From: Diadema antillarum
Lineage: Eukaryota
Direction: 5' to 3'
Length of the DNA: 64,000 bases
Assembly (NCBI RefSeq): GCF_040938485.1
Contig: NW_027272057.1
Span: 1-64,000, forward strand
This document shows, in pieces, positions 1 to 14,531 of this stretch (position 1 is its first letter; each line of letters begins with the position of its first letter). A program made the translations under genes and the position numbers. The notes below the pieces were generated by a model that was not told the origin of the DNA, did no database searches, and saw only the letters and a program-made list of their open reading frames with translations.

Positions 1-832
1 AGTCACATGCAGTTAACCCGCTGGAAGTACGTATGCTTGCCCGTAGATCTGTGCCTATACACCGGACATGCATGAAATCACAGCTTGTCATAATAGTTTT
101 TTACACAAATTAAGTCTTCCAGTTCTTAATCAAACGTAATTATGACCAATCAATAAATTTTTTTTTATGCATATCAAAATCAGACTTATAGTCATTTTAA
201 AGGTATTCATCAGAGACAAAAATTATGTTTGAAAATTTTGTAGCTAAGTAAACTGAATTTTTCTTCAGCCCCTTTTTTTTTTTCCTTTTCTACGCGATCT
301 ATGGGACACGTGAGGTGATGACTCCACCAGTTTATATTCATTCGCATATTCATATTAACTACTGTTCAGGTGCTGCTTAACCACTTTGTCAGAAAAAAAA
401 AAGAACTTTAACGTGTTTTTTTTTTTGTAACGTCCTTCCTTCTAAACCAATCTAAACCAATCTGATCATTTTTCACTGTTGTGCTTGTAAAATTATACTC
501 TTTTTATTAGAAAAAAAAACAACTTTAAACTCTCCCGGAATACACTTTAATACGACCAAAGTACAGTGGAGTCGAAAACAAGATTACAAAGTCTATTTTC
601 ATCAGTAAGTTTTGCTTTTTTAATATCGACAGTCCAAAGTAAGTGTGTATGTATGTGTGTGTGTGTTTGTGCAATGTAGCGTGTGGAGGAAGTGCCAAGA
701 GTGCAATTGATGAAGAATATGTGTCGCAAAGTTGTAAATACTGTACATTGTCATCTATAAAGTTGTTTCTTGACCGTTGTGGAGTATTCATCGTTCTTTA
801 TTGCGTTCAATATATTAACGCACAGAACGTAC

Positions 833-833
<1 letters not shown>

Positions 834-883
<50 letters not shown>

Positions 884-913
884 ATACACATACACACACA
901 AACACACATACAC
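834..913. repeat. (CA)n microsatellite upstream of copy 1; a homologous tract lies upstream of copy 2 at ~22494-22538
   Basis: Seen directly; both follow the same gtacgacacac anchor. Many other CA, TA and homopolymer tracts occur across the window. Confidence 0.95.
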
Positions 914-1112
914 ATTTCAGTAAGAAAGGGGCGGGTATTTAAACAAGTGCCCCCCCCCCCCCCCCCCAAAAAAAAAAAAAAAAATGTCCTGTGACATTAA
1001 GGGTTTCGAATTAAAGGGTGGGTGCGGGTATAGGGACCCTTTCATCCAATCACCCAAAAGTACTACTCCCGTCACAGGACCTCTGGATGTACTGGATACC
1101 CGAGCCGTTGAA

Positions 1113-1156
1113 TATAAAGCGTGAAATATTTCAGACTCGTTACATATCATTCAGAC
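1113..1156 (+). promoter_or_regulatory. Candidate core promoter of SLC7 copy 1 (TATAAA plus Inr-like TCATTC)
   Basis: TATAAA at 1113-1118 and TCATTC at 1147-1152, 50-90 nt upstream of the ATG. The flanking block is homologous to the sequence upstream of copy 2. Motif evidence only. Confidence 0.4.
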
Positions 1157-1200
1157 TACAGACCACAAGACGCTACAAAGATCTGAGCATTATTACTAAA

Positions 1201-4200
1201 ATGGCACACCATCGATCCAAAAGAAGTGATACTAGAGAGGAAAAATCAGCGCTGAATCTTTCAGAAGATGATTCTGTCCGTTTGTCTCGTCAAGTCACGT
1301 TACTTGACAGCATAGCTTTCATAGTTGGAGCAGTGATAGGATCGGGAATCTTCATTTCTCCTACCGGCGTCCTAGCCAACACAGGAGGAATAGGATGGGC
1401 TCTACTCATCTGGGTGTTCTGTGGGATTATATCCATGCTCGGCGCTCTAACTTACGCCGAGCTTGGGACGACCTTTCCCGTTTCCGGCGGAGATTTCTCA
1501 TTTATCCTTGAAGCCTACGGTAAAGTTCCTGCTTTTCTCACTGCTATCAGCCGTTTTATAGTGAGAAGCGCAGCTATGGCCATTCTTAGCCTGACATTCG
1601 CTGCCAACGTTCTCCTGATATTTTATCCTGACTGCCCGGTCCCAGAGACATTAACACAACTTGTAGCCATTGCCATGATGGGTACGTACAGACCTACAAG
1701 CCACGGACATTATTATTTCAGTGTGAATTGACACAGTATGCATACTCGACGTGACGATCTTCTTCCCTCTTTTACGTTTCATTATTAAAAGTTCAAAAAT
1801 CTAAGTACATGTTGCAAATACTATTGATGTTGCCAGTGTACTTGATACCGTATGATATAAAGATTTATATATAGTTAGGACTAATAACAGTTAGTGCAAG
1901 TAAATACACGTACGTGGGTGTATATGGGGGTGGGGTGAGTGCTCTATTTCAATCCATCATTCAGTATAAAAATCAATTCACATTTTGATGATTGTAAACA
2001 TTGCCTAAAACAGAATAAGAATCTTATTATCTTCTTTTTCCAAACAGTTAAACCTCTTCAGTTTTAACACTGTTCTATCATTGTTCTACTGTACAAGTTT
2101 CAAGAACTTCGTTTTCAAAAATCAGTTAGTCAATTCGACCAAGCAGTGGTGGCAATTTTAGATGCAGATGGGATTATCGAAGAACAAGCAAAGGGTTATT
2201 CTTGTATAATACAGTATGTATCAAACTTAAATTATCTTCCGTCAAGACGCAAATCCTTGATTCTTTACACATATTTCTTACTGTATATTTATGAAAAAAG
2301 TTGTAATTTAGAACTGTCTATGATAATATAATAATGACCACAGGAAGAGGGAATCAGCCAGAAGTATTGCACTTATTCACATTCAGTGTCTTTATTACCA
2401 ATTACGCTTCCGACAGTGTTACCTATCTTTCGCAGGGTTTGTAAAATTCAACATAGTAGAAATCAGTCTAATTGATTTTAAACCGGAATGATTATTACAA
2501 ATGTCAATATATTGTTGGAGAGCATATTGATTCATTTTATGGCGATTCGTTTTGCTAATTCGATAGAATTGCATGGTTACGCTCTGTGATGTTGAACTTC
2601 AAAATCACATACGAATTTCGGTCAAAATTTCGTCGGAAGTTTGGCAATATCACGCTACGTCCATCTGGGTCCTTCATCCCGTTATGTCCGTTGCAACTAT
2701 ACCAAATGATACAGTGCTAATCACGTTCTTGGCAAATTATTTTTTTCTTGGTATAATATATAGGCCCTACCATTTTTTCTCTTTCTCTGGCGATTATCCT
2801 ACCAATTCTGCTTAAATTTCTTTTCTTTTTTTCGTTAGGGGGAGTGGTGTTTGCAAACAGCGTCAGTGTACGTGGAAGTCGCTATATAAGCGTTCTGATG
2901 ATGATCGCAAAACTCTTGGCTTTGGCAGCGATCATCATTGCAGGCATGATTAAACTTGCCCAAGGTAATTCTTTTGGGTGCACGTCACGAGACCGAGACC
3001 CACGACTCATATAGCGCACGAGTTATACAGCTCACAAGTCACCCACCCACTACTTAAACAAACCACGAGTTCGACAAAGCCCATACCCCGGTAGTGCAAG
3101 AGTTCGACATCAGCCCACGAGTCATACAGCCCATTAATTCGACACTCGACAAATAAAGCCCATGAATTCGACACTACGCAAAAAAGGCTCACTTCGCATT
3201 CACGAGACTGACACTCGGCGAACACAGCCCACGGGACCGACATTACGCAGAAGAGGTTCGCTCACGAGACCGACATTAAAAAAAAAAGCCCACGAGACCA
3301 AAAGGATAAACGCGTACGTATTGGTCTCGTAAGCGTAGGCCTTCAAGTCTTTGCCTAGTGTCGGTGTCGGACGTGGTCCTGTTTTGCGTACGTAGTCTCA
3401 ATTGCGTAGCGTCGAACTAATGGGCAACATAACTCGTTGGCTGTATGACTCATGGACCTACTTTCAATGTCGGTTGTCGTGGGTCGTATGACTTATGGGT
3501 GTTGGTCTCGTGGGATGGCCCCATTCTTTAGTGTACGCTTCGTCTTCACATCAGTTAAACAACAAAAAAGCATGAAATAAATGTGATGAAAAGGACAACG
3601 AGAGTTTTTACTGCTGTTAATCCTCGTTGATAGCAGCATCACTCGTTCGCCGTAGACGTCACGACCAAGAATATGGCTCATCATTGTAAGCTCATCTATC
3701 AAAATCGACATAATCGACTTGAATTGTCTTAATGATAGTTATTGACACTACTGTCGTCTCTCCTTTTGAAACGAAATCATAATTTTGATCAGTAGCTGTA
3801 GTCGTTGTCTTTCATGACATAAGGTTATATTTTATGAAGCTGATAAGAGGGGCTATGATAATCCATGCCAGGCCAGTAGCTGCAGATGGATATTCTGATA
3901 GTTCTGAAGACCCCAATATTTTTTTAATTCTAACTTTAGTAGACATACCTTCCCCCATGACCGCACTCCGACAACGGGGAATCATTGATTGAACAAATTC
4001 AAATATATTACTCAAAGGTGCGGTCCACATCTTTGAATTTCAATCCTAAAAATGCAAGAGCTCCTTCACGCCCCTGCTTTCTCTCTGTCGTCAAACTCGG
4101 ATATTAGATTACCAAATGGTTTAAACAGTGGATGAGAAATCACGCAACGATTTAGGTTTTTTTTTTTTGTAAAACTTAAGATATTAACTTATCACGTCAC

Positions 4201-7200
4201 TTTTTTGCTTGGAAATTTTCGCATATTTCACTAAATAATTATGTGCATCAGATCGTTTCAATTGATGAACTCACGACTAGGACTGACTGTTAACAACGTA
4301 GAATTTCGTCTTTCATTTTCTGTATCTATTTCATAAAATCACAATCTCACCATAAAGTAATCTTTTTTTCATTTCAGGCAACACAGAGAATTTTCAAAAT
4401 GCATTCGACCCGTCCGAATTCAACTTTAAATCGCTTCCGCTCGCAATATACTCCGGAATGTACGCCTATACTGGCTGGTATGTTCAATAAAGTACAATGT
4501 TGCGTGCTAAGTGATACAAGCTGTGCTTTTGATTTAGGCTCCTCACTTTGTTTCTTATGATTACTACTCATCTACCATTTGCTGCAAATGTACATGTTAT
4601 TAGCTTTGCGTTTCGATTATTTTTTGTACAGTTCGACCTCCTTCGATTATCCAGCCTCCTTTTATCCGGAAATCTCTATTATCCGGACGCGTTCACGCAG
4701 TGGACTTTTTTTTTTCATCCAAAAACTGAGAAAAAACAGTGACTTTAACATCTTTTTATGGATCTATTTCACTAATTTCATAAGATGTGCATGATAGGTT
4801 TCTCAATATCTAATGAGGTAAAACATGTATGATTTTCACATAAAGATAAACTCTATTTTTTTGAAGAAGGGACTACAATTTTGCGCAGGCTAGAATAGAT
4901 TACACCACCGTTGCGGGGTACGCTACCTACCTAGCTGCCAGTGCACTGGGACGGCAGCTTGGACGGCAGCTATATACATTAACATCGTGTCTCCCATATC
5001 CGGCCAATTCGCTTATCCGGATGAGCGCCGGTACCGACATGGCTGGATAATCGAGGTCGAACTGTACATATACTTAAAAAGAGAGAAAGTGTTACTGTGT
5101 AGTCGTAATCATTGCAACTTGATTATGTTTGTTTCTTGTTCCTGTGAATAAAAAGTAAAAAAAAAAAAAAACAGCCAATGCATTAAAACATTTTAAAAGA
5201 TTTCATTAAAGGACAAGTCCACCTTCATAAACATAAGGATTGAGAGAATGCAGCAATATTAGTAGAACACATCAGTGAAAGTTTGAGGAAAATTGGACAA
5301 TCCGTTCAAAAGTTACGAATATTTTAAGTATCTGCGCAGTCACTGCTGGAAGAGAAGACTACTACAGTGTATGATGTCACATGCGTACAACTATATAAGG
5401 AAAATAAAAAGAGAATTTCACAAAACTTTACTTTTTGAATAAAGTGCACATTTCTTCGACTTGCTAGTGACGTATGTTAAGGGTAATATTATTCCCCCTG
5501 CCTTCTGAAAGAGAGAAGTCGAGTGCTCTTTTGTTATGCGAGAAAAATGGAAATATGTTGAATTTTCTTTATTCTTTCTTTATATCGTTGTACTCATGTG
5601 ACATCACAAGCTATAGTAGTCTTTTCATCCAGCCGTGACTGAGCAGAAACTTCAAAAATTCATAACTTTTTAACGGATTGTCCGATTTTGCTCAAACTCT
5701 CACTGATGTGTTCTACTAATATTGCTGCATTCACTCAACCCACATGTCTATGAAGGTGAACTTGTCCTTTAAGATATTGCGCCCATATTGAGACATTTCA
5801 AGTGAACTGCGATCACACTATGGACATGAAACAATAAATTGTGAATCTTATCAAGTTTTACTTTGATTGTATCTTGCAGTTGATGGTACGAAATATTAGT
5901 ATTATTAGATTTTTCTTGTAAATTCTTTAAAATATCTCTTACATATGTATATTATATATAGAATTAGTATGAATTTCAAACTGGCCTCCTGCCTATGAAA
6001 GACGGGAAAGAAACAAAAGTGAATAATATCTACAGACAGCCTTAAAATAGTGTGCTTTTGATATAATCGCTATAATGCGCATTTCTTGTCAACAACTCTG
6101 CCTGAGATGGTAATTTACTGTCAACATTTCCTTGTTTTATCCTCACAGGAGTTTTCTGGTTCAATTGACTGAGGAAATTATAAATCCTTCAAGGTAATTA
6201 AACTTAACTTAATATATCATATGATCAGTAACCCTGGTTTTAGGTGAATCATGAAATAGGACAGATAGTTTGCTTTATTCAGTGTCATCTATTTCTCCAA
6301 CAATGATGCTTAGAATTAACAGTCAAGAAGATTAAGATAGAGATTTGTTTGTTATTATCATTATCATCATTATTGTAATCAGTATCATCATCATAATCAT
6401 TATTATCAAACTTGAACACGTCAATCTCGTCAAACATGTTTGTACAATAAAATGAAAATTCAGAGCACTCGTTGAGCCGGTATCGCAATAAGTTCAATGT
6501 TCTATTTGGTATGCTATGCATTGCGACGTTTGTTTTGGTTCTTGATTTTTACAGAACGATCCCAAAAGCTGTCTTTATATCTTTGACGTTAGTAACGGCT
6601 GTATACTTGCTGGTGAATATCGCTTACTTTACGGTTTTGTCTCCTGAAGAAGTTTTATCTTCCACTTCAGTATCTCAGGTACGTGCATATTTTGTGTGTT
6701 TTCATGCCACTATAATCCGACAGCGCATTACAATCCAAATTCCAGTTTAATCGGGTGAATTGTGATCTGAGTTTAACTTTAAAAGATAATTCTAATAAAA
6801 TATTTTAAGTGTAGCTCTTCAACTCTGTTCCTTTACATTTCAAATACGATCGTCTCTTATAATGATGTGAATTATGTGTATTTTGTTTTGTGATACATGT
6901 GTTGTTTTATGCTGTATTTAGTCGATATACGTACTCAATGAAAAACAACCAAGAGCCTGATTGTTTTTAAAATCCTGTTTGAGATGAAATTCATTTTAAG
7001 TAGAGTTTGTAAACGAGGCCGTGAGGTGTGGCTTTTAATGTGAAGAATGATTTGAAATTTGAAATGATAACCCATTTGAATTATATGTCTGATTCCATTT
7101 AAAGTATTTTCATCGATATAAGTATGCCAGACGGTAAGACTGTGTAAATAGGAGAAATTTATAAGCCACCAAACTGTAATCATTCTGATTTTATGTCAAT

Positions 7201-10200
7201 CCTTGAAATTATTTTAGATTCGCCCTATCTCCACAACAAGCACAGTTATATAATGGGTGACTTTAATTTAGACTTACTCGATTATGGAAAGCCACAAACA
7301 CGTGATTTTCTACATACCATGGTATCATCCTTTTTCACTCCTTGTATTACCAAGCCAACAAGATTATCTGGAACCTCCGCAACACTGATTGATAATGTAT
7401 TCTCAAACAATCACACTTATGTTGATCAATGCATTGTTATGTTAAACAGACATATCAGATCATTTTCCCGTTAAAGTTTCTTCCAATCCTGCTATACCCG
7501 AATCACAGAAACAATAGATGTGTAATAATCTATCGCAAACACGAATATTCCCTGATTATAATATCCACTGTTTAAACATAGTTTATCCGCAATTGACTGG
7601 AATGAAGTTTTTGATGCCACTGACCAGAACGATGCGTATGATAGATTTATGAACACCTTGTTACCTTTATTTCACTCACACTTTCCACTGAGAAATCAAA
7701 GAGGAAATTTTAAAACAGTTTAACGTTCACCTTGGATAACTAAAGCCTTACTTAGATGATCATTTTTGTTCTTTGTTTGAACATCATACGTCAGATGTAA
7801 ATCTACTTGGTATATAATTAATAATGTTATTCATAAACATGAAAATAAAAGTGTCATTGATAAGATCGTCTGTGAAGGCAAGAATATAACGGATGATGGG
7901 GAAATTGCGGAAGCATTTAATTCTTTTTTTCGTTAACATTGGTCCGAATTTGGCACGTAACATTTCATGTGTACACAGACCTTTCCACTCATAATTGCTA
8001 AATTCTAATTCGCAGTCTTTAATTTTTCTCCCCGTAGTTGAAGCAGAGGTCTTAGATATTGTCAATTCCCTATACCCCGAGAAGAGTGCAGGTCACGATG
8101 GGTTTTCTAATCATCTTATAAAATGTATTATAAATGAAATACTTTCACCATTAGTCCACATTTTGAATCTGTCTTTACTTACTGGCACTGTGCCAACTCA
8201 AATCAAAATTGCCAAAGTTTTACCAATTTATAAGAAAGGTAGAGAGGATGAGTTGGGAATTTATCGACCAATATCTTTACTGTCTTCTTTTTCTAAAATA
8301 CTCGAGAAGGTGGTTTATAATCGTTTACTTAAATTCTTAATGAATGTGATATTTTAGCTGATAATCAATTCGGGTTCCGGAAAAAACATGCAACCACCGA
8401 TGCTATGTTATTACTTGTTGAGAAAGTTGCGAATGCTACAGACTCAGAGTCGCATACAGTCGGTCTGTTTCTGGACTACTCCAAGGCCTTTGACACAATA
8501 GACCACGAAATACTTTTGTACAAATCAAAATCATTACGGTATTCGTGGAAAGGCCTTGGAGTGGTGGAGAAGTTATCTTACCGGAAGAACTCAGTTTGTA
8601 CCTAACTGTGAATAACCATGACTCTGAAATAAACTCGATTTGCTGTGGCGTTCCACAGGGCTCCCTCTTAGGTCCTCTTTTATTCATTCTTTACATCAAT
8701 GACTTTCGCAACTCATCCTCTCTGCTGTCTTTTCTTCTGTCTGCAGATGACACAAGTCTTTTTTATTCTCACTCAGATCCTTATGTGTTGCTTGATACCA
8801 TGAATAACGAGCTGCAATTGGTATTTGAATGGATTCAGGCGAATAAATTATCGCTCAATATAAATATAACTAATAATATGGTTTTCAGTAATACAATAAA
8901 GTTTCTTCCAGGTTTAGTATTAATGAATGGATTGCAGTTAAATCAAGTAGATTCAACAAAAATGTTAGGTACTTATATTGATAACAATCTTTCTAGGAAG
9001 GTTCATGTTGATTATTCATGTATGTTATTGTGTAAAAACGTTGGAGTTATTCACAAATTGAGATACCTCTTCCCAAAACTAATATTGCATTCTCTCTATT
9101 CAACTCTATTATTACCTTACTTAAATTACGGAATATTGGCCTGGGGGAATTGCTCAAAGTCTAAAATTGATTCGTTATTTTTGACACAGAAAAAGGCCTT
9201 GCGGATTATAAATCGTGCACATTTTTTGGATCATGCAAATGAATTGTTTGTTTCCAGTAAATTACTTAAAGTATCTGATTTGTATTTCAATCACGTTAGA
9301 ATTTTTACGTATAAGTTGAGCATTGGCGATCTTCCTAGTCTATTTTCCTCAATTTTTGTTAAAAACAGTGAAATCCATAATTACCCTACAAGACACTGTG
9401 GATCATATCACCCCCCCCCCCCCCCCCCGTTCGTACGGTTTTAGCCATTAAGACAATTACTTCTATCGGCCCTTCATTCTGGAATGAGTTAGATTCTGTT
9501 CGGTTGCAATCAACTTCTCTGAGTTCCTTTAAGCAAAATCTAAAAGCCATCTTCTTTTTTAGTCGTGTGTTTAATTACTTGCCGTGATCATTTGATATAT
9601 ATGTGCTTATTCGCATGATGCCTCGCTCGGGTGACTACATTTGCTTGACCAATATTGCAACTTTATATAGCACTGAAACCTTGAGTTTTATTATGAACAT
9701 TATAAACTGTTTTGTACATTCCGTAGATTTTTCATCATAATCTCGACATACTGAATTTCGCAAGTGTTTCGTCATTTTCGTGATTAGCATGTTGTACTAA
9801 ACGCTTATATTATTACTTAGGAACCAACATCCTACAAGCATTGCTTTTTAGTAGCTTCCTCATATTACACATCATTCTAATTCATATGTCCTTATACATT
9901 TGTGAAATTATGTCTAAAATTGACTATTGTGTTAAACATTTTAATTCGAAATCAAATGGCATATGAAACCTGAATATTGAACGTGGAATATGGAACATGA
10001 ATTAAAGAAAAATGACTTGAAACAGACGAAAATTTTAATAAATACGCGGTAGGATGAAAATGCCGCCATTAATTTGTGATGATGCCGAAATTTAAATAAT
10101 ATTTCTGCAGTCTGCAATTCATTTCTTTATCTATCTAGTTACCCCTTTTCGTGAGAGACAGGGCTTATATCACACATAACTTCACCTACGTATCATGGTG

Positions 10201-11474
10201 TTTGTCCCCATTGGTATTGTTTCCTCTTGCAACATTATCTATTATTCAGTGTTACTTGTTCTCCCTCTATTTTGTTTTTCTTGTTCGTTATAATTGCACA
10301 AGGAATTTGGTCAACGTGTTTTTGGAAGTTTCGCGTGGACAATGGGCTTGGGTGTGGCTCTATCTTGCCTTGGTACTATAAATGGTACAATATTCTCCAT
10401 TTCAAGGTAATTCTTTTTGTGATTTGATTTGATTTGATTTAATTTATTGGTTTCTGCATTATATAATTGCACATGCAGATACACATATTACATATGCATA
10501 CCGGGTGTCCCCCAAATAAGCGGAACGGTGGATTTTCAGTACCATGCGTTCTGAAAGTGATATATTCTATGACATCATTATAGAAAGAGCATCTTCCGCA
10601 AAAGACAATGATACCAATATCATTAAATTTGGTGCAGAACTCGCTATTCTACGCCCGATTCTGTAAATGCAGTCATTTTCAAATTTCGCAGGATTTTTAC
10701 GACGTATTAGCGAAGAATTTGGGTGCGGCACGCGTTCCATATACGGTGTATCGTGTAAACCCATTGATCCATGTCAACAAAAGATGCATTGGGCGCGGGC
10801 CAGGAAACAACAGTGTGTGTGTGTGTGTATGTGTGTGCGGGCCCAATTTGAAAGCTGGTATCATTGTCTTCTGCGGAAGATGCTCTTTCTTATAACGTCA
10901 AAAAAAAATTATATCACTTGTAGAACGCAAGGTACTGAAAATCCACCGTTCCGCTTTTTTTTTTTTTTTTTTTGGGGGGGGGGGGGAACATACATTGTTG
11001 ATGCTATACATACACATAAACATTAGTTGCTCACAAAATAAGTTTCTTCATTGCCCTTTCAATATACAGCAATACAGTTTCGTCATTGCCTTTAAAATGT
11101 ACACCAAAACATATCAGCGATGAAATGAATAATACAGAAGGGCTACAGCTTATAAGCATCGCTTGATTTGTATGCAGCCCTCGTACATAATATTGATTGA
11201 GATTGTATGTAAGAAATTGTCATTAATTGAATGTAATACTAGTAGAAGTGAACTTACGATTGAATCTATACACTGGATCTGATAAAGACTTCTAATATGT
11301 GCTCAGTATAGGTAAAAGAGATATTTCTTCAAAGTCACAGATAATTGTATGGACAATAGAGTCCTGAAAGATATTTTCAGCATTACTGCGCCCGGACTTT
11401 TACGTGTCCTATAACTTGATAAAAGGTTCAGCTGCATAGAAGTTTGGCCTTGTCTTCATAAGATCAGATATATC

Positions 11475-11536
<62 letters not shown>

Positions 11537-14040
11537 CTTGAAACAATATTCTTGTACGTATATACGATTAGGAAAAAAGATATCTGCACCTCCTCCCCCC
11601 CCCCCCACAAAAAAGAGAACATTTTTAGCTGTTACCTAGGAGAGTGTTGCTCTATATTCAGATGACATCCGTGCGTGGCCGATAATTTCTTCATTTCATA
11701 TGAATCTGAAAAGTTTTCAGAAATATTTAATTCTTGTTCTTCGTTCTGTTTTGGATCAATGATAGATTTTTGTTGGTTGCATCTCGGGAAGGAATGATGC
11801 CTTCTATTGCCTCTATGATACACGTGGACAGGAAGACACCTTTACCTGCTGCCGTTGTCATGGTGACGAACAATAGTTTTTCTTCCACATCAATGAACTT
11901 AGTACATACCTTGTACATGAGGATCACAATGTCCATGTAGCTTATTCCATACAATGGTTTAATCTTTACAGTGGTACTCTTGAACGGACTCATTTGTGCT
12001 TGTAATAAGGTACAATGCAGGAGGGGATTATTATACTTCTTTATTTTCTATTTAAAAATAGATAGAAATAATAGATAGGGGAGGGTACGTGTGCCCCCCC
12101 CCCCCCCTCAAATTTTGCAAAGGCGGCTCCTCTACGGAATTCCTGGATCGCCCCTGATGTAATATACAAATCATGTTCTTTGCTCTGAAAACAAACATGA
12201 TACCTCGGTCACAGTTATGGTTCATAGTACAGGTTTTTTTTCGGTTTTTTTTTTTTTTTTTGATCAAATAGGCATTTTCTGCTTTCCTTATGTAGTATAA
12301 GTAAGTCACCTGGTCTTAACTTATATCATTCTGTTCTCCGTTTCTCTTTCACAAACACTTATCATTCGGAGCTTACAGCTAATAAACAAGCTTGCTTTCC
12401 TGTAGGTCCCGTCATATTTCTCTTTTGTAAAACCCAAACCGAGATTTCAACGAGTTATCATTGTAATTACTGTGTATATCATGTATGTATATTTTTTCGT
12501 TTTGTATATTATTGCCAAGGAACAAGAATTTGTGCTTTCAGTTTGATGTAATATTGGTATATAATCATTAGAAGCATGAAATAAATCAAATTGAACTGAA
12601 TTGAACTGAACTGATTGCAGTGATGATAGCGATGATTATTAATCGGTGATAACACAACACACAACACGCGTCGTGGAAGGGATGTGCACTTATTTAAAAT
12701 AGAATCAAATCAAATTGTCTTCTTATTTCTTTATTACCCTTAGGTAAAATCATGAATTTCGTAAATCATAGAATCATAACAAGGTATTTCTTGCATATAA
12801 TGATATTTTTGTTGTTTTGTGTGTGTTTTTATTAGTTGCCTATTGGTATACTAATGGTACTAACAATCAGTGACGTGTACCGTTTGATCAACTTCTTGAG
12901 TACAACTGGATGGATCATGAATGGTATGACGTGTTCTATTGTCCCCTATATGAGATGGAAGCGTCCGGAACTAGAGCGACCATTTAAGGTTTGTTCTATG
13001 ATTAAACCCTTCACGCTACATTCTATCTGTTTTGCAGATTGCTAAATGATGTAAAGAATATGTGCAATTCATTAATTTATGTCTATCATAAACCTGCACC
13101 CTTAAGTGTAAGAGTTCGTGAGCTCCTACCATATAGGCCTAAATGAAGCGGATTTGCCGATATTGTTTAGGTAAACTATTTTGTTAAACCACTTTAATCA
13201 TTGTATAGTGTGCGAATCGTCTTTGATTGCCTTTCCAGTCATCACTACTGATGTACTAATTATAAATATTGTTTTCTGCACGATTTAGGATCCTTTTTGT
13301 AAATTGTTTAAAGTTTTGAAAGGTTTTGTAATGATTCAATTTCAACTTCATATTCAAATTTCATATTCATATTTTCATATTTCTCACAAATAGCACAAAA
13401 AAGTCTAATTATACCATACGAAAATTGTACAAAGCATGAATTAGATGAAACTTCACCGGAATGTAAAAAAAGTTTGTCTTGGTTTAAACACAAAAGGCTG
13501 TACACATGAGTTGAGCAAGGTCATAATGTGAGAAGTATGATGAGGCCTGATTAAAAGCAAGCTCATACAGCCGCAGGTCCCGTGATAAATCAGATTAGGG
13601 GAATTATGAAATACAAATATTCCAGACCATACTATGATTATTTGTTATAGGGGAACCAATTAAAAGAAAAATCCGATCAAATAAATGTCACTTGAACAAA
13701 ATACCAAATAATGCTCCTTAAAAAGGCGTAGTTTTGACAACAAGATGTACAAGTATGTGTTATTAACCTGTTAAAGACAGTATCTGACATCCTCCTGCAG
13801 GTGCCTCTGGTGATCCCTGTTGTATTCTTCCTGTTCTGCGTGTTCATCGTCGTCATGTCTCTCTACAGCAGTCCAGTGGATTGTGGGATAGGTTTGGCAA
13901 TCTTCTTTGGTGGAATACCTGTCTATTACATCTTTGTCTGGTGGGAAAACAAACCAGTCTGGTTCAACCAAGGCATGGGTAAGTGATCTTTTTTTTTTTT
14001 TTTGGGGGGGGGGGGAAGGGGTTGTTCCTTAGGCGATTTC

Positions 14041-14086
<46 letters not shown>

Positions 14087-14477
14087 GATATACGCAATAC
14101 AATGCCAAAAATATGCAACTCTACACTTTATGAGTAAAACAAAATGCACAACATGAATAATAGAATAGTTTGTCAATGATAATGAAGATTAATCATATCT
14201 TCAATATTGGTCTATATCCTTCATATGCATACATTTCAGGAACATCCTCATTACGGTAATGATATGGTGTTTCTTCCACGGCGGCTGAAAGGTATAAATG
14301 TACAAGTAAAAAAAGAAAGAATGTATTTGGAGTGTGTAAAATGATGATAAACATTGTTATTCCGTTATATGTTTACCTACTTGCATGATATCACCATTTT
14401 TATGAGGGGGCCCAGTCAAATACTTACAAAACCAACAAAAACAGTTTGTGTAGTATAAAAAACAATACAAACATTAT

Positions 14478-14531
<54 letters not shown>

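Noticed and set aside
525-994. ORFs rich in HT/CV repeats here and at 22138-22636, 47837-48062 and similar sites
   Set aside because: They are translations of CA/TG microsatellites.
1018-1200. 61-aa N-terminal extension of copy 1 from the GTG start in the ORF track
   Set aside because: The ATG at 1201 aligns with the copy-2 start in a good aaaATGG context; the upstream frame is not conserved and overlaps the probable promoter.
14240-14259. Alternative last exon for SLC7 copy 1 (cag/GA ACA TCC TCA TTA CGG TAA)
   Set aside because: It encodes only GTSSLR-stop with no similarity to the paralogs' last exons, whereas 16675-16793 matches them well.
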